From Eledone cirrhosa (Eukaryota), in assembly GCA_964016885.1 (NCBI GenBank), contig OZ024740.1:165354001-165418000 (forward strand): a DNA stretch of 64,000 nucleotides, read 5' to 3'. Each line of letters starts with the position of its first letter. The first letter of the stretch is position 1. Shown one piece after another: positions 52,375-64,000 of this stretch. Position numbers and translations under genes: made by a program. The notes below the pieces were generated by a model. The model did no database searches, was not told the origin of the DNA, and saw only the letters and a program-made list of their open reading frames with translations.

Positions 52375-53130
52375 TATAAGTATGTATACGTACATACATA
52401 TATGTATACATACATACAGAAGTATGTATATATATACATACATGCACACATATATATATATGTACGTATGGATTTACCGAGCATTTATTATAATGCTTGG
52501 TTTGTTTGTAAACAAACATCCCGAATTAAGCCGTACAGTGTTTAGCAAACATCGTTGCCCTTTTGTTCAACACTGACAAAGAAACAATGTACTAGTTTCA
52601 AGCTTATTAGCTATCGTCAGCACCCTATACCTTCCTGCCAGATGATTGAACGTCTGAAAGTATATACTTTCCTTATGCATATTAACGGCTGAGCAGCCTA
52701 ATTTGCATATCGAGTGATTTAATCGGCCGGGCACGCCGAAAACGATAAATGGAAAAAATGAAACGAAATTTCATTTCTCACTCTTAGTACGGCTGTTACT
52801 TAAATATAAGTATGTATACGTACATACATATATGTATACAGACGTACAGTAGTTTCTATATATATACATACATGCACACATATATATGTACGTATGGATT
52901 TACCGAGCATTTATTATAATGCTCGTTCCTTTGTCAGTGTTGAAGAAAAGGGCAACGATGGTTGCTAAACACCGTACGGCTTAATTCGGGATGTTTGTTT
53001 ACAAATAAACCGAGCATTATAATACATGCTCGGTAAATGCATACGTACATATATATATGTGTGCATGTATGTATATATATATATATATACATACTACTCT
53101 ACGTCTGTATACATATATGTATGTACGTAT
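52375..53130 (-). repeat. Third retrozyme-like locus (about 1.3 minus units + plus-strand piece from 52923)
   Basis: HHR at 52586-52624 (minus), CTGACGA..GAAACTAGTA. Confidence 0.85.
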
Positions 53131-53280
53131 ATCTCAATGGTGGTCCGCATGGATTATTCATTTATTTTGAGACTTGAAACCGCGCGGTAAGGGTAAATAT
53201 AGTAAGTACAGTAAACTTTTAAAAATTTATTTTTAAACTTTTTCTCTATTTGCCAAACCTTGATTATATATATATATAAT

Positions 53281-53500
53281 ATAATATAAAACGGAAAATC
53301 AGTGATGCATCTGGACTTAATTTATTGTTTGTTACATCTGTTTCGCCGGCAGACGAATTGTAAAACAATTGTAACACACAATAAATTGAGTCCAGATACA
53401 TCACTGATTTTTCGTTTAATATTATATCACACTCTGCTCTGTAAGAACATAGAGTGCTCAATTGGCATACCGCCTATGGAAGCATCATATCTACCATTAA
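53281..53500 (+). repeat. Fold-back mini-element of the 30.8 kb family
   Basis: Arms about 53281-53343 and 53363-53424, each ending in (G/A)AAACA..TGTA. Confidence 0.7.
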
Positions 53501-53541
<41 letters not shown>

Positions 53542-53565
53542 TATTGATGCAAAAATATTAATTAC

Positions 53566-53649
<84 letters not shown>

Positions 53650-55112
53650 ATGCAAAAATATTAATTACAGCTCAACTGTTTTCCCATCAGCTGTTTTGCA
53701 ACTGTGCAAGTTCAAATTCAATTAATTGAAAAGTACAGAGATTACCAAACTCGTTTTCTATTAATGCGGCGCCTATTTACGTAAGGATAGAACTAAAAAA
53801 ATGTCATATCAGCCCAAAAAACACTAACAATTTTAATTACAAAACAACAGCTTTTCCTTCAACAGTGTTGCAATAATTCAAATAGAAATACATTTATTTA
53901 TCAATAAATTTGCAGATTTGGCAATTTGGTTTTCTAATAAAGTAGTGCACTTTTATTTTATGAAGCCTGCGCGAAATTATCATAGATGAAGTGAGGTACC
54001 TTTAGATCCCTTCCACTTTGAAATTGAGCCCAGATTTGCAGCAATTGGACAGTGGTTAGTTCTTACTGGCTTAAAATATAATATATTTCTTACTGTTGTG
54101 TAGTCTCGGGACAATCCAGATCGAATAAACCTGAAACAAGAATGCGAATATGTATGGCACCATTCAGTATCATACCATCGGAGCTAGCTCAATCAACAGG
54201 CAAAAATATGTTTATTCATATAACTATATTTTGTCCGTGAACACGGCACTAAACTCTACCAAGTACCACTTCGTGCTAAGCTAGAGAAATCGCTGTAGAA
54301 GCAATATAGAATTAAAGAGCCATTTTACTCATCTAAAACATGGAAACAATCTCTGTAACAATGTCTCAATAGTTTGGCGAACATTTTGACACTACGCGAA
54401 ATAAATATGGATGTATATAACAGTTTTTCTCACATTTTATATGGCTAAGATGCATGTCCCGCAATTACATTCGTTTTAACATATTGTTACAAATCAAGCC
54501 CTTACCATACAAGTGCAATTTTAAAACAATTTACTTATACAAAAAAGGCAGCCATAGCTTTGTTGAGAAGTTGCTTATACATTTGTAAGTTCAGTGGAAA
54601 TTCTTAAGATCATTAAATTTCTTTCGTTTTTATTCCATAAAGACGTTTTACGTTACCCTCAAATGAACCTACTGAAATTACTAACCACATTGTATATGAA
54701 ACATGAGAATGAGACGTTTTATGCTGAAACCTAGAATCCCCTTAGCTCTTAATATATACATGTGTGTACACACCGATAAATGGCACATACATTAACTCAC
54801 ACAAGTGTATGCGTGCAGTGTGTTGGTGTGGTTAAGAAGTTCACTTCATATACAAAACTTTTAATAAATATATATTTATTCTCGGCAGATGAGAAACAAA
54901 GTAAGTAATCCGTTATGAGTATTAATAAATTTGAAACTATTCGAACACTCTCCTCTCTAAGCTGGCGAAGTTCCTGTGGTTTGCCAAAGGTTCTATTTTC
55001 ACAGCTAGACTAAAATACGTTTATAAAACATATCGAATAGAAATTTCTTATGCACACAACTCATACCTACCCTGTACTGGTGTTTGTATTGATACTTTCA
55101 CACACACACACA

Positions 55113-55203
<91 letters not shown>

Positions 55204-55208
55204 GCACG

Positions 55209-55240
<32 letters not shown>

Positions 55241-55268
55241 CACATATATATACATATATATATATAAT

Positions 55269-55452
55269 TGTTTCTACTTTAGGCACAAGGCCAGCAATTA
55301 CGCAGTGCATGACTGGTACTTTATTTTATCGACCCCGTAAGGATGAAAGGCAAAGTGAATCTCAGCGGGATTTGAACTCAGACCGTAAAGGGACGTAACT
55401 ATGCTGGAAAGCATGGCTACCGACCCTCTACCGATACTGCCAATCCACCGCC
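55269..55452 (-). mobile_element. Deu/Nin-like SINE
   Basis: Near-identical to 2319-2502. Confidence 0.85.
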
Positions 55453-56239
55453 CTTATATATACATATATATATATATAATAAGGAGTTGACGGACCCAGC
55501 ATATTTATCAATGCCAGGACCGGTTTTATCTCAGCGTACTCCATGGGCAATGTAAGATACATTCCCAGAGTATACATATAGTTATTTGTTTCAATACAAC
55601 ACACGTAAAACGGGTGATTATAATAGTTCCCAGACTCGAATTTCGGCCGCACTAATGCAGCAATAAGGTGCACTGCACCATCCGTCTGCATATATTATGC
55701 AACAATGCACAATCGGCTTATGCGGCTTCATGAGCGGTTATCGCCTAATCAATAACCAATCGATCGACAGTATCTAAACACCAGCCCATGCCGGTCATGA
55801 CTGTTTGTGACGACCGACACAGTAAAGCGATTAGCAACTGGCACCCGATACCATTCTATCTTTCGACTAGCCACCAATTTACAAATTTTACGTGGTGGCG
55901 GGAGACTAGAGAATCAATGTTTTCGTTCCCGTCAAAAGCACTCAGCCAACGTGTCTCACACACACATTATTAAGAGGTGAAAAGATGGCTATTGGAAATA
56001 GCAGTCCACATCGATGTATAATAGAATGGTAGCATTCGGCTCATGTCTCCAAGTCCCATGGCTAGAGGAAAGCGAAAGTAACAATGGTAGTTCCAAGAAC
56101 CTTTAACTGACTTTAAATGCGATTATCCATTATAGTACAATATAGTAGCGAGCTGAAATGTGTCAGCCGGGTGCGTTGAGAACCAGTCTATTTCACAACT
56201 TAAAAGGGTGAGAGACAAAATTACTAGCAGGAAAATAGA

Positions 56240-56276
<37 letters not shown>

Positions 56277-57059
56277 TTAGATAATTATAAGTTACCTCCC
56301 CTACATTGTCTCTCAATTAAAAAAATTAAAAATTAGCACTTAACTATAAACTACCCACAATTTCTAATCTCTCGAGGAGTTACTTCCCCTGAAACCACCC
56401 TCTAATTAGTAAGGTAAATATGTCCTTTGGCGGCCATCTTGTTACCCATAGGCAGATCTCACACAATGCAGCCTCGACAGATGAATACTGATTGATTATG
56501 GCTGACAATTGATACAACCAGGACAGCATAGTGAAATACCAATATATGGAACATTACATTATGTAACATTCTCTCCTTATTTTAATTTATATTCCTTTGC
56601 AGTTACTATGAGCCGCTCTGTTTTTAAATATGTTAATTATTTTCAACTGAACCAGATCAATATTATTATATGGAGTAGCGAAACAATTGTAAACGGACAT
56701 TATTATTATTATTATTCTCTACATTCCTTACATCAAACTAAAATATGTTGACAATCTTTTAATAATGTCTTCCTTGTGAAATTTGTGGTCTTGTTTTGCT
56801 TAACTAATGAATATATATATATATAGAGAGATAGATAGATAGATAGATACAGAGAGAGAGAGAATATATATAGAGGGTTGCTCTGTTCTTTGAGAACATT
56901 TGCAAGAATTTAGTAAAATACGCATGAGCCATGAAATAAGATATGTATTTGAGCCCAAATTAGCATGAATAATCTTGAGATTCTCCTTGATGCATCTCAA
57001 TAATAAATCCGCCGTTAGCATCGATCGCTGTTCAATATGGGTTGTGAAATTTTAACAAA

Positions 57060-57330
57060 CCTGAACCAGAGGACATTTATCTAATTTGGACATTGTGCTA
57101 GTTATGGCGGACTTCAGAGATTTTTATAGTGTTAGGGGGCATTTATTGACTTCCTTCTCGACTACTCCACATACGTGGCAGTCCAACGGATTCAGATCTG
57201 GAGAGCTAGAAGTTTGCAGTGACGTATGTGTGAAGATTGTAACTTGGGTCTTTTTGTCCTTATGAGACGGTGCAGCGACTTGTAGGTGTACGCTCTTCCT
57301 TTGTTCCCGTTCTCTATCCAAGGACTCACA
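57060..57330 (-). mobile_element. Tc1/mariner-superfamily transposase remnant
   Basis: SSPDLNPLDCHVCGVVEKEVNK. Confidence 0.6.
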
Positions 57331-58243
57331 ATTATCTCCAACCGTTCCTTATAGTCAGTTTCAATGACCTTAAGCCGCGAGGAAAAAGGTATCGAGGCAT
57401 GGCATCTCTCTCGTTGCCCATGTCGCTCAGAATCATCACAGCTGCCGAAAACTGTGTACATGACACTTGGAAGGTGTTAGGGTCTCTGCAAACTATCTAT
57501 CATTCCTTCGGTTGATCTTTTGGTCCTGATCAAAGTTTTTTTCTCGTCAACGAAATAACCAAAGCATTCCAGCTTCTTGATGTGTGAACAGATGTAGACA
57601 AACAATCAATCCCAGTACTGGACTGGTACCTTTTAATCGACTTCGAAAGGCAGGACTGTGAACTTGACTTCGATGAGTATTGGACACACAGCCCAGAAGC
57701 CGGAGCAAATATCGCAAACCATTCTATTCGATGTACTTCTAGCTGTGCTAATCCACAGCCTCATCACAACCTTGATTTTTTTTACAAAAAAGGAAAAATT
57801 GCAGCTTTAAAGACTAATATTATATTACTATTCTTCTTAAAAACAATTAAACCAGTAGTTAAGGTGTATTTAGACCTTAAATCTTTTGAGAGAAGCCCCA
57901 CCTCTTACACCCACTTCACGAGCGCAACAGTCCGCATTTCAAGATATATCTCAAAGGCCTTCTGCATGTGTGTTTGTATACATAGGTGTTTGTGCGTACC
58001 CCCATGCGTGTGTCTGTGTGTGTAGGTGTATAGTTGCGTATACAGAACAAGGAGGTAAAAGAAGAAAGATGGGACACTGAAATGAACCCACATAAACCAT
58101 TCGCGAATTATTACATAGATTTATAGGTATAACATAGAGATCTACATTTCTAGCAACCAAGTGCATCTCTCTCTTTCTCTCTGTCTGCCTGTCTCTCTCT
58201 CTCTTCCTCTCTCTCTCACTCTCACTCTCTTCCCCCCTCTCTC

Positions 58244-58368
<125 letters not shown>

Positions 58369-59156
58369 TATATTTATTTATTTATATAAATATATTTATA
58401 TTATATATATATATATATATGTGTGCGTGTGTGTGTGTGTATTTAAATACAAAAAATATGTGTGAGATGAGGATATTGCATTTGTATGTATTCATATATG
58501 TGAGTATATATGCATGTATGCATGCTTGTATGTATATATGTATGAATGTATGTGTGTATGTATGTATGTATGTATGTATGTATGTATATATGCTATAGTA
58601 TGTCTTATAATACATATTCAACTATATAAGAGATATTAGATAGTGTTAAGAAAAACACAAAAAAAAACAATGCAAAATGTTACGCTACCATCTTACTATC
58701 TTCTTTCGACCCCCCCCCCCCCCCCCCCCCCCCTGATAAAGTGCTGGGGATTGGTGGAAGCAAGATAATGTGGGTAAATAATATATTGGAAGCTATTTCA
58801 GGATTTAATATATATGATTTGTTGCAGTACATCAGTGATAAAATTTTCTATCAACTTTACTATTCATATGTAGATATAACTGTAAGTATGTCAATGCAAA
58901 TATATCAATCTTTTGTAAGTCTATTTATCTATTTATCTATATCTGTATACATGTTAGTGTGGGACTGTGTGTGTAGTGTTTATCAATGTATATTTTTAAA
59001 GTATGAATGTGTGTTTAGGGAGGGGTAAACAATGATTATTGCCTGTATGTGTGTCTGAGTTAATGGAGTTTTGTGTGAAAACAGGTAGGTATAACGCGTA
59101 AATACATATGTACGTTCTTATACGTGCATCTGTATGGAGCTGTGGAGAAACCGAAT

Positions 59157-59235
<79 letters not shown>

Positions 59236-60499
59236 AAGCAAGCCAGATAATAGTACATTCATATATAAATCTCTCAAAGGTGAATTCCACACACACACGC
59301 AAGACTTACATATATATATATAAATATACATATATAAGCAGATATACAAATTGATAAAGATAGCTTACGTAGGTAGGCTATCATTATGTGCTTATATGTA
59401 GTATATATATATATATATATATATCATATTTACATGCATATCATATATATGTATGCATATGTATGTATATATATGTATATACACACATATATATGTACAT
59501 GTGTGAGTCTGCATGCCTGTCGGTCTCCGTCCCTGTTTGTGTGTGGGTGTATGTGTGTGTGTTCAAATGGTTGGATAGACATCACATTACACCAAATTTA
59601 GAACCATTGTAATACCTTCGTTCTGAAATATAGTGTGATTTCCTGATTTTGACAGGAATGCCCAGATAAGCAATGTTATGGATTTCTTATTGTCTTTATA
59701 ATGTTCAATGTGGGAATTGCTAAAGAAACCTTTGAAGCTTATCAATTACTATCTTTGGAAATACGTCGTTGAAACTGTTTCTCCTCATAGTTCTGAGATG
59801 TCTGATCGACTTCATTCTCCAGCTTCTATCTCTTGCTACCAAAACAACGATTGTTGTTGCTGTTTCTGTTAATAATTTTACTAACGTTACTACAGTTACT
59901 ACTGGTACTATTAATATTAATAGCTCTAACAATTATATTCAGAAGCTGGGAGGAGAATTTTTTGAATGGGTACTGAAGCTTTTTTTCAGATCCATTGTTC
60001 TACTGTGAATATTAGACTGAGATTCCAGAAAATCCCGAGTATGATATAACGGCCCTCTGCACCACGCACTCGTGGACCTTGCTAATACCCATGCTACTAC
60101 CACAAATATGTCGTGATTGTGATGACATCGATGGCAACGACGTGGAACTGGAGATCATGTTTTCATCGTGACGCATCATCATCTCTATCGTCATCATCAT
60201 CGGCGTCGCCCATATTACGTCTGTTTTTCCATGCTTGTATGTATTTGAGTTTGTATGTATTTGAGTATCCCACCACTTGTTTCTTGTTACCTCATTTGGG
60301 AGGCCCAGCTTCTACCATCCCTTTGTTGGTTTCCCTGTAACACAGATTCTGTCGGCTTGGAACAACTGTCACTTCTCTCTCCATGGATCATCATGCATGT
60401 GCATTTTATTTGGAGAACATAACAAAATGAGTCATAACTAAATAGTGTAAAATAGTTTATCCGACGTATTAACATGCGCTGGAAAGATTTATATATAAT

Positions 60500-61026
60500 G
60501 ATTTCTAGTATAGGCTCAAGGCCAGTAATTTTTTTTTTTTTTGGGGGGGGGGGTCTTTAAATCGACCCCAGTACATTACTGGTGCTTTATTTTATCGACC
60601 TCGTAAGGATGAAAGACAAAGTGAACCTCGGCGGGATGTGAACTCACACAGTAAAGGACCATAACTCTATGCTGCAAAGCATCGTCTCCGACTCTCTAAC
60701 GATACTGCCAATCCACTGCCCTCAAACATTTAAATTTAGATGATGAGGAAGATGACGACGACGACGACAATGACGGTGGTGGTGGTCATGATGCTGCTGC
60801 TGATGATGATGATAGTAATAATGATAATAATGATTTATACTATAGGGACAAGACCAGCAATTTTGGGAGAGGGGAAGGTCGATTAAATGGTGTTTTATTT
60901 TATCGACCCCGTAAAGATGAAAAGCAAAGCTAGCCTCAGTGGAATTTGAACTCATAACGTAAAAGGACTATAAGTATGTACTGCACAGCATTTTATCCGA
61001 AGCTCTACCGATACTGCTAATCCACC
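60500..61026 (-). mobile_element. Two tandem Deu/Nin-like SINEs (about 60500-60720 and 60835-61026)
   Basis: Each has TTTATCGACC..GATGAAA..GAACTC..GATACTGC.AATCCAC. Confidence 0.8.
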
Positions 61027-61652
61027 AAGGATTCAGACAGAATTTATAAAATTATGTTTATCTTACATACGTTTCTACAACTAAAACCAAAAACAAAAAA
61101 AACAAAAAAACAATTTAAAGATAGGATGGTTTAAACGTTTCTACGTTTTAGTAAGATAGAAATATATTCATACCAGTTATCAGGATTAAAATAAAGAACA
61201 GATTAAAAAAATGATTTCTCTAAACATATTTATTTAGCTACATTTGTTTCCTCAAAGACTTAAAATTCATGAATATTTCACTCATTAATATTAGTTTTGA
61301 CTTTATACTTACGTCTGCTGCCTTCCATATTTTCTGACCATGTTAATGATCTTCTACTTTCGACAAACTACACAAGATCTATTCTTTTTTGTTTTTTTTG
61401 TTTCTTTAATTGTGTCTACACTCTGAACTAGACGCGTTTTTCCTTCTAATCGGGTCTCCGTTTTAGCTAGACGAGATATTTCTCTCTCTGAAGCGAAAAC
61501 ACATTATTCCACCTCCAGCGTCATTCATTATATGATGTCAAAAAGCATGTAATGCTTGATCACCACATTATGACTGTACACACACACGCACACATACACA
61601 CACACACACTCTCTCTCCTCACTTTCTCTCTATCTGACTCTCTTTCTCTCTC

Positions 61653-61755
<103 letters not shown>

Positions 61756-61891
61756 ATGTAGCAGTTCGATTTAAATTGTTGGGATACAACAAGCAAATAT
61801 TTTTATAACTGATATAAATCACTCAACAAATAATTGGAGTAAAAATACGATATTAACAAATGGAAACTATATTTATAAAACCATATTTATT

Positions 61892-61948
61892 TCATTATAC
61901 ATATTTCAAGGACACCAAGTTGAATTATGGTGTGCTTTCATCAGATAA
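61892..61948 (-). ncRNA. Type I hammerhead motif in a PLE-type terminal repeat
   Basis: TTAT-CTGATGA-AAGcACACCA..TGGTGTcCTT-GAAA-TATGTA-TA-ATGA. Confidence 0.7.
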
Positions 61949-62293
61949 GATATAATATAGAGCAGTTTTATAAATAAATATTGACATACCCTTAAAGAAT
62001 GCGACAATTACTGTTGGAAGCTCCCGGATATATATATATATATATAATAAAATTAAGAATTAGAAATAGAAGCCAGGACTATCCATCTTCAGTGGTCTAC
62101 TAGCCATCATAGGTATTTCTTCGCATTACAGCCCATATAACCTCCGGCTAGGGCAGTACAATAACTAAAATAAGTTATTGGGATAAAAAGAATTGGGTGC
62201 AGAAAGAGAGACAGGTAAACAAACACGAATGGTAGGCAACGTAAAGAGAGGAAAAAATGAGAAAATCAAGTCAATGATTCTTATATATATATA

Positions 62294-62468
62294 TGTTTCT
62301 ACTTTAGGCACAAGGCCAGCAATTACCCAGTGCATTACTGGTACTTTATTTTATCGACCCCGTAAGGATGAAAGGCAAAGTCAACCTCGGCGGGATTTGA
62401 ACTCAGATCGTAAAGGGACGTAACTATGCTGGAAAGCATGGCGTCAAACCCTCTACCGATACACCGCC
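62294..62468 (-). mobile_element. Deu/Nin-like SINE
   Basis: Near-identical to 2319-2502, with a short deletion in the head. Confidence 0.85.
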
Positions 62469-62513
62469 ATATATATATATATATATATATATACGTATAC
62501 ATACATACATATA

Positions 62514-62550
<37 letters not shown>

Positions 62551-62555
62551 ACGTA

Positions 62556-62606
<51 letters not shown>

Positions 62607-62650
62607 CGGTTGATTGGCAGGTCCCTATATATGTATATTAATAAAAGATC

Positions 62651-62821
62651 GGAGGCCATATTCAGTTAGTTCAGGTTTATTTAAAACTCAGATATACATA
62701 TTTCACTGAGGACTAATAGTTTAGAAAGCCTGAAGATCTCAGGCTATCTTAACTGATAGTCTTCAGTGAAATACGTATAACTGAGTTTTAAATAAACCTG
62801 AACTAACTGAATATAGCCTCC
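62651..62821. repeat. Fold-back (about 80 bp arms) containing an HHR 3' half
   Basis: GAAA-TACGTA-TA-ACTGAG in the right arm; apex at about 62736. Confidence 0.75.
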
Positions 62822-62939
62822 TATTAATATATAATGTTCCGTCTTGTACCATTTATACAAGTCATTGAGCGCTTCTTTTTATCTGCTTCACAACGAACAG
62901 ACCTTACTGTGATTAGCACATCCCTATTCTGTTAAACCC

Positions 62940-63032
<93 letters not shown>

Positions 63033-63045
63033 GTATATATATATA

Positions 63046-63929
63046 CGAGGTGTGTCAGAAAAGTTCCAGGACTGATGTCACAAAAGATTTATTTCAAAGC
63101 CAAACTTCGCACTAAGAGTTTTCTCCTTTAAAGTAACCCCTAGAGTCTAATGCACTTTTCCATCCTTTTCTGACACGCTTGCATGCACTCCTAGACGGAT
63201 TCTTCTGGGATCCTCCGCAGTTCCCTCGTTACGGCCTTTTTGATGTCGTCCACGTGTTCAAAACGGGCCCCCTCCGCGTCGAACTCGAGGATCCATGACT
63301 CATCACCGGTGATGACTGTCCCTAGCAAGTCTGGTTCGGTTTCAAGACGCTCGAGGATGTCCCGGCACACTTTGCATGTCCGACCGTTCTGGTCATCATT
63401 CAGCAGTTTTGGCACCATCTTCGCGCAGACTTTCCGCATGTCCAAATCTTAAGTGAAGATCTTCCAGACGCTGTCCCGATTCATGCCCAGCTCATTTGCC
63501 ATTAGTCGAACAGTCAGCCGACGATCGCTACGCACCATCTGCCTGACGCGCTCGACATTGACCTCAGTCCTGGTTGTTGAGGGCCTTCCGCTCCTCGGGT
63601 CATCTTGCACCACTCAAAAACACGTGAGCGTGACGTCGTCTCATCTCCATACACTTGCTGCAGCAATCCCAGTGCTTCTGACGGAGTTTTCCCCAACCGT
63701 ACCCGAAACTTCAAGTTTGTTCGTTGCTCTGTGCTCATTGCTTGACGACCTGAAAAAGAGGACATGTATATAAAATTATGAAGAAAAAAGTTTGATCGCT
63801 GCAGAGAGCTAAGATTACAGTTACATACTCCAGGGGGATTACTTTGAAGGAGAAAACTCTTAGTGTGAAGTTTGCGTTTGAAATAAATCTTTTGTGAAAT
63901 CAGTCCTGGAACTTTTCTGACACACCTCG
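63046..63929 (-). mobile_element. Internally deleted mariner element with TA target duplication
   Basis: TIR CGAGGTGTGTCAGAAAAGTTCCAGGACTGAT; EQRTNLKF, KVCAKMVPKLL, ITGDESW; second and third catalytic Asp region missing. Confidence 0.9.
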
Positions 63930-64000
63930 TATATATATATACAGGGAGTGTAACGCCGAGTTCACGTCATTATCGAGGTGAAGAGCTAGACAGAGTGTAG

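Overview
AT-rich, microsatellite-dense eukaryotic DNA with no recognisable host protein-coding gene. The SINE types and the (TA)n/(CA)n/(GA)n load suggest a cephalopod (Octopus-like) genome; this is an inference. Most listed ORFs are microsatellite artefacts. The real content is decayed mobile DNA: L1/Tx1-like, R4/Dong-like, CR1/L2-like and RTE LINE fragments; many tRNA-derived SINEs; an internally deleted mariner; a Helitron-like element; and an unusually high density of Penelope-like element (PLE) pieces. The main signal is about 15 near-complete minimal type I hammerhead ribozyme (HHR) motifs plus several half-motifs, from several unrelated repeat families. They include (i) an ORF-less 428-448 bp tandem repeat at three loci with one HHR per unit and an octamer motif, resembling a non-LTR retrozyme or newt satellite 2; (ii) a PLE HHR carrying a compensatory U3-A8 core pair; and (iii) many tail-out fold-back insertions in (TA)n whose turning points often fall inside HHR helices. 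All structures were read by eye, with no folding or database searches.
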